Assembly: GCA_027593235.1 (NCBI GenBank)
Contig: JAQCIU010000005.1
Location: 32,001-96,000, forward strand
Length of the DNA: 64,000 bases
Direction of reading: 5' to 3'
From: Chloroflexota bacterium
Lineage (GTDB): Bacteria; Chloroflexota; Dehalococcoidia; UBA2979
Shown here: positions 31,743 through 41,427 of the stretch, piece by piece
How positions within the stretch are numbered: position 1 is the stretch's first letter
How the letters are laid out: each line of letters begins with the position of its first letter
Position numbers and translations under genes: made by a program
The notes under the pieces: model-generated
Told to the model about the DNA's origin: nothing
The model's input: only the letters and a program-made list of their open reading frames with translations
Databases searched by the model: none

Positions 31743-32531
31743 ATGCCCAGCGCAGCAATCAACGGCATCGAGCTGTTCTACGACGAGCAGAACCCCCACG
31801 AGCACAGCGAGACCGTCGTCTTCCTGCATGGCGCCGCCGGGAACCACGTCTCCTGGTGGCAGCAGGTGCCGGTGTTCCGCGAGCGCTACCGCTGCATCTC
31901 GATCGACCACCGCGGCTTCGGTCGCTCCGAGGATCCCCAGAAAGAGGGCGCCGCGCGTTTCGTCGATGACCTCGAGGCGCTCCTCGACGCGCTGGGCGTC
32001 GAGCGCACCGCGCTCGTCGCGCAGTCGATGGGCGGGCGCACCGCGCTCGGCTACGCCGTCCGCCACCCCGAGCGCGTGACCGCGCTGGTGATGGCCGATA
32101 CGTGGGGCTTTTTCGACTGGCCCGAGTTGCAGGAGGAGGCCACCCGCCTCCGCGACGCAGCCGGTCAGGGCAACGACATCCCGCTCACCGAGCGCGCCCT
32201 CGGCGCGAAGTTCCAGCGCGAGGATCTCGCCGGTGGCTTCCTTTACCGCCAGATCGCCGGCCTCAACCCACCGCGCGACCTGGCCGGCCTCGCCGGCGGC
32301 CCGACACGCGACGAGGTGGCGGCGCTGAAGGTGCCGACGTTGTTCCTTGTCGGAAGTGAGGACATGCTCACCCCGCCGCCGATCCTCAAGCGCGTGCATG
32401 AGATCGTCGCCGGATCGCGGTACGTCGAGGTGCCAGAGCGCGGCCATTCCGTCTACGTCGAGGATCCTGCCGCCTTCAACGAAGCGGTGGGGCAATTCCT
32501 CGCGGAGCATGCGGCGGTACCGGCCGGCTAG
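31743..32531 (+). CDS. Alpha/beta hydrolase
   Basis: FLHG, DHRGFGRS, AQSMGG nucleophile elbow, GH. Confidence 0.88.
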   Translation: MPSAAINGIELFYDEQNPHEHSETVVFLHGAAGNHVSWWQQVPVFRERYRCISIDHRGFGRSEDPQKEGAARFVDDLEALLDALGVERTALVAQSMGGRTALGYAVRHPERVTALVMADTWGFFDWPELQEEATRLRDAAGQGNDIPLTERALGAKFQREDLAGGFLYRQIAGLNPPRDLAGLAGGPTRDEVAALKVPTLFLVGSEDMLTPPPILKRVHEIVAGSRYVEVPERGHSVYVEDPAAFNEAVGQFLAEHAAVPAG

Positions 32532-32562
32532 ACCGCGCCAACGCGCGGACGAGAGCAGGACC

Positions 32563-32964
32563 ATGCGGAAACTGAACGTCTTCTTCGACGTCGATAACAC
32601 TCTGATCATGTGGGACGGCAAGCTGCGTAACCACGCGCACGATGTCTTCGCCAAACTGCTCGAGGACGGCCACACCATCTACGTCTGGTCCGGCGTCGGC
32701 ATCCGCCGCTGGGACATGCGGCGCCACAAGCTCGATGAGTTCGTGACCGACTACTTCCTCAAGCCGCTCGAGGACCACCACGAGCGCCTCAAGACCTACG
32801 ACGTGCACGTCTTCCCCGACTACGTGATCGACGATCACAAGACCGTCGTGGACGCATTCTTCGGATACCACATCCCGGACATGGCCGGCCCCGATGACCG
32901 CGAACTCCTCGAGGTGCTCGCGCACATCACGGAGTACGCGCAGCAGGACGCGCCCGCCGAGTAG
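32563..32964 (+). CDS. Small HAD-superfamily protein
   Basis: FFDVDNTL (DxD), VWS, K, IDD motifs; RBS AGGA. Confidence 0.75.
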   Translation: MRKLNVFFDVDNTLIMWDGKLRNHAHDVFAKLLEDGHTIYVWSGVGIRRWDMRRHKLDEFVTDYFLKPLEDHHERLKTYDVHVFPDYVIDDHKTVVDAFFGYHIPDMAGPDDRELLEVLAHITEYAQQDAPAE

Positions 32965-33001
32965 CGGCTCCCAGCACTGCCGGATGTCGGATCGGCTGCA
33001 G

Positions 33002-33766
33002 CTAGCGGCTCGCGTACAGCCTGATGTTCCCCTGGAGCATCGCCGCGATTCGGCCTCGCTCCAGCATCGCCGCTGCCGGCGCTGACTCGCCCGCCGCGTC
33101 CGAGGTCTGTGCGAACGCCGAGAGCGCGATGCGCACGCGGTTGTCATCGTCCATCCGCAGCAGCGGCTCGACGATCGAATAGATCGAGCAGCCGGCGCGA
33201 CGCCCGGACTCGCCGCTGGCGTAGACGGACCAATCGATCCCCCGCTCGCGCACGTCGTAGTGCGAGAACAGCCGGTACTCCGGATCCCAGCGCTCCGGGT
33301 CATCGAAGCAGTCCGCGCTCCAGTCGATATCCAGCGGGCGGTCGGACAGGCTCAGCGGATCCAGTGCCACCAGCCACAGCGAGGCCGCGAGCGCCAACGG
33401 CGTCAGTCCGTGCCGGTCGCCCGTCGAGGTCCATGACAGCGCGTACGCCGCGCCCATTGCCGCGATCACGCGCTGATCGACGTGCAGACCCGCCGCAAGC
33501 AGCGTGCGGGTGACGAGGATGTGCGCGATGAACCGCGCCTCCTCGTCACTCGTCGTGCGCTCGCCGCCCGGCAAGGTCAGCTCGGCCAGCTCGTCCGGTG
33601 CGAAGCAGGCGAAGGTGTCGCGCAGGCCACAGTCGTAGCCGATCGCGCCGGGTTGTCCGCGCGTCTCAAGCAAGCGATCGAGCATGTTCGGGTCGTCGAC
33701 CATGCCCCGGTCACGGGCGCTGGGCCACAACGCATGCGCGAGGGTCAGCGCCTCGTGGTCTGCCAT
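33002..33766 (-). CDS. Hypothetical protein (254 aa)
   Basis: GAGG RBS before ATG 33766; balanced composition; fills the gap between flanking + strand genes; no family recognised. Confidence 0.7.
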   Translation of the reverse strand: MADHEALTLAHALWPSARDRGMVDDPNMLDRLLETRGQPGAIGYDCGLRDTFACFAPDELAELTLPGGERTTSDEEARFIAHILVTRTLLAAGLHVDQRVIAAMGAAYALSWTSTGDRHGLTPLALAASLWLVALDPLSLSDRPLDIDWSADCFDDPERWDPEYRLFSHYDVRERGIDWSVYASGESGRRAGCSIYSIVEPLLRMDDDNRVRIALSAFAQTSDAAGESAPAAAMLERGRIAAMLQGNIRLYASR

Positions 33767-33826
33767 CCTCGAAGCCTCGCAGCGCCGCGCCGCTCGTGTC
33801 AACGGATTGCTCGATACCATGCCCGC

Positions 33827-34537
33827 GTGACACAACGCCGCCATCACCCCCGCCTCGCCCTCGCCGGCGCGACGTTGCTGCTCCTGACCACATTCCTCAC
33901 CGCCTGCGGAGACGACACCCTGGATCCCATCGCCACCGCGTCCGCCAGCACCACCCCCACCAGCGCCTCGGTTTCTCCCACCCCGATCGACGGCACTCCG
34001 ATCGCCGGCACCCCAACGCCCGGCACCCCGACGCCCGGCGCGACGGAAGGCACAGCGTCGTCCGCAAGCGCCACGCCATCCTCGACACCGCACGTCGTGG
34101 TCACGGCAAGTGCTGACGAACCGGTCGCATCGACCGCCTACATCCCCGCGAGCGAACTTCCGCTCGCGGTAATGACCCGGGGCGACGGCACAGCCTTCAC
34201 GCTCCCCCTCGAGGTACCCGGCCGCGGCGAGTACAGCATCGGACTGTCGGGACGCCGCGAACTGGGCGAACGCGGGATGCTGTTCTGGTACCCCGAGTCG
34301 ACGAACCAGAGCTTCTGGATGCTCAACACTCATTTCGATCTCTCGATCGCATTCGTCGACGGAGACGCGGTGATCGTCGACATCCTCGATCTCAAGGCCG
34401 AATCGCTCGATGTCCGTGGCCCAGGTCACTCCTACCGCTACGCGATCGAGGCGCCCGTTGGTTGGTTCGCCGAGCGCGGAATCGGCACCGGCGATCGCGC
34501 TGTCCTCGACTTCGCGATCCCGGACTCTGTGCGGTAG
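33827..34537 (+). CDS. DUF192 family lipoprotein with Thr/Pro-rich linker
   Basis: Lipobox LTAC; GLSGR, GMLF, FWMLNT, LSIAF, YAIE. Confidence 0.85.
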   Translation: MTQRRHHPRLALAGATLLLLTTFLTACGDDTLDPIATASASTTPTSASVSPTPIDGTPIAGTPTPGTPTPGATEGTASSASATPSSTPHVVVTASADEPVASTAYIPASELPLAVMTRGDGTAFTLPLEVPGRGEYSIGLSGRRELGERGMLFWYPESTNQSFWMLNTHFDLSIAFVDGDAVIVDILDLKAESLDVRGPGHSYRYAIEAPVGWFAERGIGTGDRAVLDFAIPDSVR

Positions 34538-34651
34538 CGGGCGTCGCCCCTCGACTCCTCGAATGCGAATCGCGCCCAGCCGAAACGGGAGCCGTGGCTA
34601 TACTCGCCCCAGCGCGGACCGGACGGACCGGCACGATCACGGAGGACACCC

Positions 34652-35323
34652 ATGCCAGACATGACGATCGACCACTCAGGTCTGCAGGTCAGCGGGTATC
34701 TCTCCGAGCCGGACGGTGGCGCACTCGCCGGGTTGATCGTGATCCAGGAGTGGTGGGGTCTCACCGCCGACATCAAGGAGATCGCCGACCGCTACGCCGT
34801 GGAGGGCTATCTCGCCTTCGCACCGGACCTGTACCACGGCCAGGCCGCGACCGAGCCTGACGAGGCGCGCAAGCTGGCGATGTCCATGGAACGCGACATC
34901 GCCGCCCAGGAGATCGACGCCGCGATCGCCTGGATGAAGAGCGAACGAGGCCTCGCGAAGGTCGGCTGCGTCGGCTACTGCATGGGCGGCGGCCTGACGC
35001 TGGCAACGGCGATTCGCCCGACCTCTATGCTCGACGCGGCGCACGTCTACTACGGCGGCGGCATGCCCTCGGCGGAGTTGATCGCCACGATCAAGGTGCC
35101 GGTGCTCGGCTCCTACGGGGCGGAAGACGCCGGCATCCCGGTCGAGCAGGTCGACATGCTTCGCGCGACCCTCGAAGAACACAACGTCCCCAACGACATC
35201 ACGCTCTACCCGGGTGCCGAGCACTCGTTCTTCAACGACACGCGCCCCGCTTACAACGAAGACGCGGCGATGGACTCGTGGATGAAGTCAGTGGAGTGGT
35301 TCGAGCGTTACCTCGTCAGCTAG
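34652..35323 (+). CDS. Dienelactone hydrolase family protein
   Basis: VIQEWWGL, APDLY, GYCMGG, YPGAEHSF; RBS GGAGG. Confidence 0.92.
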   Translation: MPDMTIDHSGLQVSGYLSEPDGGALAGLIVIQEWWGLTADIKEIADRYAVEGYLAFAPDLYHGQAATEPDEARKLAMSMERDIAAQEIDAAIAWMKSERGLAKVGCVGYCMGGGLTLATAIRPTSMLDAAHVYYGGGMPSAELIATIKVPVLGSYGAEDAGIPVEQVDMLRATLEEHNVPNDITLYPGAEHSFFNDTRPAYNEDAAMDSWMKSVEWFERYLVS

Positions 35324-35880
35324 CGAAGGTCGCTGACGCTCTCGAACCACATCGCCCAGGCGTCGGTGTCCGGGGGCGACGCGGCTGCCCGACGGATGTC
35401 GTCGCTTGCGTCGGGTGAGATCGCGACGATGTAGCGATCGTGGTACGAGGGCTCGCCGCCACTTTTTTGGAAGAGCCGCTCACCCCAGGCAGTTGGGTCG
35501 TCCTACGCCGGGTAGAACAGCCACCAGACCATCTCTTCCCGAGCTTCGCCCTGACCCTCCAGGAACACGAAGGTCACGGCGAGGTCGTAGTCGCGGTCAC
35601 CCGCCTGCGCGCTAAATCCCGCCTCGCAATAGGGCACCACGCCCGATGACGCCTCCACCAGCCCTCGCGGTACCTTCGTCTCACCGAAGAACCAGACGAG
35701 ACGCGAATCCCGGGCCGCGAGATCAAAGATGTAGAGGCAGGGACGGCTGTCATCCGCCGCCATCGCAGGATCAGACGACGGGGGAGCACCCGGAGCTGTC
35801 ACCGCCGCGACAAGCACCAAGACGGAGATCCCGAGGAGTCCGAGGACCGTGAGTCCGCTGCGCGAAGTGAGCCTGTTCAT
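35320..35880 (-). pseudogene. Hypothetical exported/membrane-anchored protein with an internal TAG at 35503-35505
   Basis: The 125-aa ORF's frame stays open for 60 more codons after TAG and ends at 35320 in a CTAG overlap with the convergent gene. Confidence 0.55.
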
Positions 35881-35912
35881 GCTCCCGCAAGTCTAACGAA
35901 GCGGCGCGAGCG

Positions 35913-36440
35913 TCAGTACCACTCCGTCTCGACGATCTTCGAGGCGTGCTCCGCGAGCGTCAGCAGCAGCCGCTCGTCGTGGTCGTCGAACATGCCTCCA
36001 TCGCGGCGGTCCGTCACGTAGAGGGCGCCGCGCACCTCGCCGTTCGCCCAGATCGCTACGCCAATCAGCTTCTGCATCTCCGGGTGGTTCGAGGGAAAGC
36101 CGAACGCCTTCGCGTGATCCTCGACGTTCTTGAAGCGGACCGGGCGTCCGTCGAAGCGCAGCGAACCCAGCGGGCCGTGCCCCTGTGGGGGCGTCTTCAA
36201 CCTGCGCAGGGTCGCGGCATCGAGGCCCGACACGACGAAGCCCTCGGTGTTGTCGTGCTCGTCCGTGATCGCCAACGCCGCGTACTCCGCGCCTGTCAGC
36301 GACCGTGCGAGGTCACAGACGATCTGCAGCGCCTCGTCGGGTCGGTGCTTCCGCGGCAGCGTGCGGTTCGCACGCGCCAGGGCGCGCAGCGCCCGCACCT
36401 CCGGGTCCTTGCGGCGCCGGAGCAGATCGGTCAGCGTCAT
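35913..36440 (-). CDS. Stand-alone GAF domain protein (DosS-like GAF)
   Basis: ARSLTGAEYAAL, GFPSNHPEM, GALYVTD, FDDHDERLL. Confidence 0.85.
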   Translation of the reverse strand: MTLTDLLRRRKDPEVRALRALARANRTLPRKHRPDEALQIVCDLARSLTGAEYAALAITDEHDNTEGFVVSGLDAATLRRLKTPPQGHGPLGSLRFDGRPVRFKNVEDHAKAFGFPSNHPEMQKLIGVAIWANGEVRGALYVTDRRDGGMFDDHDERLLLTLAEHASKIVETEWY

Positions 36441-36490
36441 GGCGCGAGCCTACGCACCGACGGTCGCGGCGATCGAGGTCTGCGACACGG

Positions 36491-37831
36491 TCATTCGACC
36501 GACGGCAATTCGTGGTGGCGAAGCTCGGCGTCGGCGCGCTGCGATCGATCGAACGGGATCGGGTCGGTCGAGTAGGCGCCCTGAGCGCCGTTGCTGCCCT
36601 CGGCCGCACCGCTCGCGTCGTACGTCCCGGTGGCCACGTGGCGGGCGTAGCCGGATGCATCGGCATCGAGTTGCGCCACCAGTTCGGTCGTCACTTCGTC
36701 CTCGTCGACCGGCGTCCCAGCGGTCGCCTCTGACCGCGCTGCCGCCGGACGCGCCTGCCGGTCGACGGCGTGACCGCTCGAAGTGAAGAAGCGAAGCGTC
36801 CCCGGTACCACGACGATCGAGAGCCGCGTGCCAACCGCCGGCGGGGTCAGATCCCACTCCCATCGTGTCATCACCGTGCGTGCCCCGCTGTCGTCCAGTC
36901 GCAATCGCACGTGCCACGCAGGACCATCCGGAATCGCGCGTTCGACCGTCCCGACGATGCCCTCGCCCATGTCCTGATCCGCCGGCACCGCAAACATCGC
37001 CGACGGGTGTGCCATTGCCGTCGCCGTCGGCTCAATCGGTGGCATCTCTGGCCCGGGCAGCGATCCAACGCCCGGCTCGTGCAGCTCGCCGCTCCACCAC
37101 GAGCCCTCGATGAGCCGCTGATAGCCCACCAGTTCCGCGACGGCCGTCGAGGACGGCGATGCCACTACACGCGCAGTCGGGCCCAGCTGCAGCACACGTC
37201 CGCGCACGTAAACCGCCACCGTGTCGGCGAAGGCGGCCGCTTCGCGAACGTCTTGCGTCGCCACCAGTGCCGTCACCCCGAAGTCGCGCAACAAACCGCC
37301 GAGGAGGTCGCGCCAGAGCGAGCGCTGCAACTCCCCCAGCCGCGACGCCGGCTCATCCAGCAACAGCAGATCTGGTCGCGGTGCGATCGCACGCGCCAGC
37401 GCCACCCGACCGCGCGCCTCCTCGGACAACTCGGAAACGCGCCGATCGCCGTGATCACCAAGCCCGATGTGATCGAGCAGTTCGTGTGCCTGTTGAAGGC
37501 ACTGCTGCGGCGTCCAGCCGCGCGCGCGCATCCCAAAGGCGACGTTCTCGCGAGCGGTCTGCAGCTCGAACAGCGCCAGGTCCTGGAACACGAGCCCGAT
37601 CCGTCGCTCGTGCGTCGGCCGGTTGAGGACGGACACGCCGTCGATCAGCACATCGCCGCGTTCGAGCGGATCGAGTCCGGCGATCGCTCGCAGCAGCGCC
37701 GTCTTGCCGGCACCGGGGGGGCCAAGCAGCGCCGCGATCCGACCGTCCTCGATCTCCAGCGAGACACCATTGAGGGCGGGAGCGCCAGGTTGGGCGCGGC
37801 GGGCGAGCGACCGAACCGCGAGCGAGGCCAC
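36491..37831 (-). CDS. ABC transporter ATP-binding protein (PotA/ThiQ/FbpC-like) with degenerate motifs
   Basis: Walker A GPPGAGKT, Q-loop VFQD, Walker B LLLLDEP; signature reads LSEEA, H-loop reads ATQD. Confidence 0.8.
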   Translation of the reverse strand: MASLAVRSLARRAQPGAPALNGVSLEIEDGRIAALLGPPGAGKTALLRAIAGLDPLERGDVLIDGVSVLNRPTHERRIGLVFQDLALFELQTARENVAFGMRARGWTPQQCLQQAHELLDHIGLGDHGDRRVSELSEEARGRVALARAIAPRPDLLLLDEPASRLGELQRSLWRDLLGGLLRDFGVTALVATQDVREAAAFADTVAVYVRGRVLQLGPTARVVASPSSTAVAELVGYQRLIEGSWWSGELHEPGVGSLPGPEMPPIEPTATAMAHPSAMFAVPADQDMGEGIVGTVERAIPDGPAWHVRLRLDDSGARTVMTRWEWDLTPPAVGTRLSIVVVPGTLRFFTSSGHAVDRQARPAAARSEATAGTPVDEDEVTTELVAQLDADASGYARHVATGTYDASGAAEGSNGAQGAYSTDPIPFDRSQRADAELRHHELPSVE

Positions 37832-37832
37832 G

Positions 37833-39422
37833 TCAGAACTCCGTGATCTCCCGGGTACGCCGGTACTCGATGGTAACGAACACGATCGAGACGAACAGAA
37901 AGAATAGCCCCGAGAGCGCGAATGCGAGTCCGTCGGCCGTCGCCGTGCGCCGCTGCAACGCGAACGCGATCGCCACCGAGGCTGGCGCCGCGTCTGCTCG
38001 CTGCAGGATCAGCGCCGCGCCAAGTTCCCCGATCGACCAGCACAGCACGAGCGCGGCGCCGACCGCGAGCCGGCCGCGGAGCGAGGCGGCGATCAGCCGC
38101 TTCCAGCTCGTCCAACGCGACGCGCCGAGCAGCGCCGCGGCCTCGAACTGTCCCCCGACCCGCGCGCGGGCGCTCGGCAGCATCAGACGCACCATCAACG
38201 CGGACCCCATCGCGGCGTGCACCAACAGCAGTGCGAACGCGCCATCGCGCTCGGCGACTCGAAGCCCTGAGGCGAGCACGACCGGGATACAGAGGGGGAG
38301 CAACAGCGCCGCCTCCACCGCGGTTGCCATCCAGCCGCGCAGCGGCGCGACAAGCATCGCGCCGACGAACCCCAGCGGGAGCGCGATCGCCAGCGCGCCC
38401 ACGGCGACCAGCAGCGAGTACCGCAGCGCCGCCGCCGGCTCCAGCTCGAACGGGCGCGCATCCGCGAACACCGCCGACACGTTCGCGCCGGTGACCTGCT
38501 CAGCCGCGCCGAGGGTGAACGCGCCGTGGCCAAGCGCCAGCAGCGGTCCCACCGTCACCATCGCCGCCAGGAGGAACGCGAGCCCGAGCAACACGCGGTC
38601 ACGGATGGCCAACGATCCAGCCGGTTGGAATCCGACCGCCCCCAGCGTTCCGTGCTGAGCCGGCCGCAGGCGAACGAACACCGCCAGCGCTATCACCGCG
38701 ATCGCCGCCAGCAGCAGGCTCGCGGCCGCGCTACTCGTGGTGCCGATCGCGGCGCCGCTCGTTCCGAGCGCGAGCTCCGGGAGCGCCAACCTCGAGGGCG
38801 GCGCGAGCACGTAAGCGCTGGCGACGGCGCTCAGCGCGAGGGCGAACGCCAGCACCCACGACGCTGCGAACGCGCGCCGCAGCGCGGGCACGTAGTGCCA
38901 CCGCACGAGCTGCACGAACGGCAGCCCGAGCGTGCGTGCGGTCTCCGTCTCCCGCGGATCGAGCGCCAGCCAGGCCGCGCCGCCCAGCCGCACGCCGATC
39001 GCGAGCCCAAACCCCGCGTTCGCCACCACCAGCAGCGGCCAACTCGGGCCCAGCAGCCAGGCAGCACCCAGCGCCACCGCGAGGCCCGGCGTCACGATCG
39101 GCAGCGTCAGCAACGCCCGCACCAGCCGTCGCGCCGGAACCGCCAGCCGCGCGAGCGCCCAGCCGAGCGGAACCGACAACGCGACACCCGCCGTCGCCGC
39201 GAGCACGGCTTGCCAGATGCTCGACCATGCCGCCTCGAACACGGCCCTGGACCACGCGTCACGGGTTGCCGCTTCATTGATCAGCGGAACCAGCGGCCAG
39301 AGCAGCAGCGCCGCCAGTCCCAGGCCGAACAGCGCACGCACCCCGGCCGGCAACGCGCGCGCGGACGCCTGGCGCGCCAGCGACCGGTCGATGTCAGGGC
39401 TGCGGGGGGCCACGGCGGTCAC
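37833..39422 (-). CDS. ABC transporter permease, two-repeat ThiP/FbpB type
   Basis: Two EAA-like loops (ETARTLG, EAAALLGAS); about 12 TM segments. Confidence 0.8.
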   Translation of the reverse strand: MTAVAPRSPDIDRSLARQASARALPAGVRALFGLGLAALLLWPLVPLINEAATRDAWSRAVFEAAWSSIWQAVLAATAGVALSVPLGWALARLAVPARRLVRALLTLPIVTPGLAVALGAAWLLGPSWPLLVVANAGFGLAIGVRLGGAAWLALDPRETETARTLGLPFVQLVRWHYVPALRRAFAASWVLAFALALSAVASAYVLAPPSRLALPELALGTSGAAIGTTSSAAASLLLAAIAVIALAVFVRLRPAQHGTLGAVGFQPAGSLAIRDRVLLGLAFLLAAMVTVGPLLALGHGAFTLGAAEQVTGANVSAVFADARPFELEPAAALRYSLLVAVGALAIALPLGFVGAMLVAPLRGWMATAVEAALLLPLCIPVVLASGLRVAERDGAFALLLVHAAMGSALMVRLMLPSARARVGGQFEAAALLGASRWTSWKRLIAASLRGRLAVGAALVLCWSIGELGAALILQRADAAPASVAIAFALQRRTATADGLAFALSGLFFLFVSIVFVTIEYRRTREITEF

Positions 39423-40204
39423 GGCGCCATCCTAGGGCTACCCGCCCCACCGGCGCGGTCCTCCGTGAAATCGACGATCAGCGCGGCGTGATCGCTGAGC
39501 GCCTCGCGTCGCCCGGATCGCTGACCTCGTGGATGCCCCCACGCGTACCGCGCTCGCTCCAGTCGCGCTCCCAGCGCCCCGTTCACGAACGCCTGATCCA
39601 GCCGGAACCCGTTGCCGCCGTTCGGCGAGAACCACGTGTACGTGCGCCGCTGCCCGTGCAACGCACGGAACGCATCGGCCCAGCCGGCCCGATCGAGATC
39701 CTCGATCCAGGCATCCTCCACCCGATCGAACGCCGGAACCTGCTCGTCGATGCCGATCCGGCCGGAGTTCGTGTCGCCGATCAGCAACGCCGGGCCGTCC
39801 CGCCACCCCTGCGCAACGGCCAACGCCGAGGAGAGATAGTCGCCCTTGCGTCCGGTCACCCGGTTCGGTACGTGCATCGCGCCCAGCGTGAGCGGGAGGG
39901 GTGCCGCGACCCCCGCAAGCAGCCAGCGGCGCGATTCACTCGGTGCCCCCGCGATCGCTTGCCGTTCCAACGGCCAGCGGGACGCCACCAGCAGCGAATT
40001 CACCGCTGGCGTTTCCTGATCCGCCGTCGTGTGCTGGAAGCGCAGACCGCGCCGTGCCAGCTCCTCCGCCAGCCAGACGCTGGGCGGGGTACCTCGAAAC
40101 TCACTGAGCGCGAGGACGTCCGGACGCCAGCGACGCAGTTGATCGGCGATCGCCTCGATCCGTCGACCACCGCCGGCGCGAATGTTCCAGCCGATGACCC
40201 GCAC
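39419..40204 (-). CDS. Endonuclease/exonuclease/phosphatase (ExoIII-like)
   Basis: WNIR, DVLALSE, GDTN, YTW, RLDQAF, SDH. Confidence 0.85.
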   Translation of the reverse strand: MRVIGWNIRAGGGRRIEAIADQLRRWRPDVLALSEFRGTPPSVWLAEELARRGLRFQHTTADQETPAVNSLLVASRWPLERQAIAGAPSESRRWLLAGVAAPLPLTLGAMHVPNRVTGRKGDYLSSALAVAQGWRDGPALLIGDTNSGRIGIDEQVPAFDRVEDAWIEDLDRAGWADAFRALHGQRRTYTWFSPNGGNGFRLDQAFVNGALGARLERARYAWGHPRGQRSGRREALSDHAALIVDFTEDRAGGAGSPRMAP

Positions 40205-40222
40205 CCGTTGCGGCCTCGGCCC

Positions 40223-41386
40223 CTACACGCGCCCGGCGTCGAACTCGATCCGGCCGCGCGAGATATTCAAGCGCAGGATGTCGGATGCGCCGCCGGTGAA
40301 ACGCGACGAGCGGATCTCCCGATACGCGCGCTCCAGTGGATGGCCCTCCACCAGCGCGCCACCACTCGCAAGCTGCACCGCCTGGTCGATCACGAACCCG
40401 GCCTGCTCCGTGCAGAAGACCTTCGCCGCCATCACCTCGTTCACCGCCGCGTCGCCCTGCTCCTCGAACAGCCGTGCGGTGCGGTAAAGCACACTCCGCA
40501 TCGCGTAGGCGGCGATCCGGATGTCCGCGTAGCGCAGGCGGATGCCCTCGCGATCGGCGAGGCGTCCGCCAGTGCGGTGTGGCTGCTGGATCTGCCGGTC
40601 GACAAAGTCCACGGCCCAGACCGCCAGCCCAGTCGTTTGCGCCGCGACCGCCAGCCGCTCATGACCAATGTTCCCCAGCGCGCGGGGCATGCCCTCGCCG
40701 ACCTCGCCAATCACGTGCCACGCCGGGACACGCGCCTGCGCGAACGACAGCTCGACGTGCGATCCGCCCTCGAGGCTGTGGAACTCGCGGTCGATCGTCA
40801 CGCCCGGCGTCTCGCGATCGATGATCAGCATCGCTGGCCCGGCGGCCTCCGAAGAGCCCTCGGCCGCTTCCACGTTCACCAGCGCCGCGTAGTAGTCCGC
40901 GGTCGCTCCGCCGGTCACGAATGACTTGTGGCCGGTCACCAGCAGATCGTCGCCGTCCCACGTCGCCCACGTCGGCTTGGCGGCCCGCTCGCCGCTCGCC
41001 TCGGTGAACGCGAACGCGCCACGCTTCTCGCCGCGGAGCACGGCATCGAGGTAGTGGTCCTTGAGCTGGCCCTGTGCCGACGCGAGCAGCCCGGGGCCGG
41101 GCCCGAAGACGTAGCGCGCCACCCGTAGGTGCCCTGCCGCCAGCGCCTCGCGCACCGCCGTCTGCGCCAGTACGCCGACCGCCGCGCCGCCGAACTCGAT
41201 CGGCTGCGTCAGCGACCACATGCCCGCCTCGCGCGATCGCTCGCGCACCTGTTGGGCGATCTCCGGCGGGATCGGGGCGCGTGGATCCTCGGGCAGCTGC
41301 GCCTCCAGCGGCTGGAGTTGCTCGCTGACGAGCACCGCCATCCGCTCGCGCAGAACCTCAATCGCCGTAGGGAGTGTTTCGGGCAT
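40223..41386 (-). CDS. Acyl-CoA dehydrogenase family protein
   Basis: AFAFTE, TGHKSFVT, AAKVF, FTGGASDI. Confidence 0.88.
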   Translation of the reverse strand: MPETLPTAIEVLRERMAVLVSEQLQPLEAQLPEDPRAPIPPEIAQQVRERSREAGMWSLTQPIEFGGAAVGVLAQTAVREALAAGHLRVARYVFGPGPGLLASAQGQLKDHYLDAVLRGEKRGAFAFTEASGERAAKPTWATWDGDDLLVTGHKSFVTGGATADYYAALVNVEAAEGSSEAAGPAMLIIDRETPGVTIDREFHSLEGGSHVELSFAQARVPAWHVIGEVGEGMPRALGNIGHERLAVAAQTTGLAVWAVDFVDRQIQQPHRTGGRLADREGIRLRYADIRIAAYAMRSVLYRTARLFEEQGDAAVNEVMAAKVFCTEQAGFVIDQAVQLASGGALVEGHPLERAYREIRSSRFTGGASDILRLNISRGRIEFDAGRV

Positions 41387-41427
41387 GGGACACCTCGCCG
41401 CTGGAGGCTACAGCCGAGGTGCCGTCG

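Noticed and set aside
33930-34090. Repeated TP/GTPTP units
   Set aside because: Ordinary low-complexity lipoprotein linker
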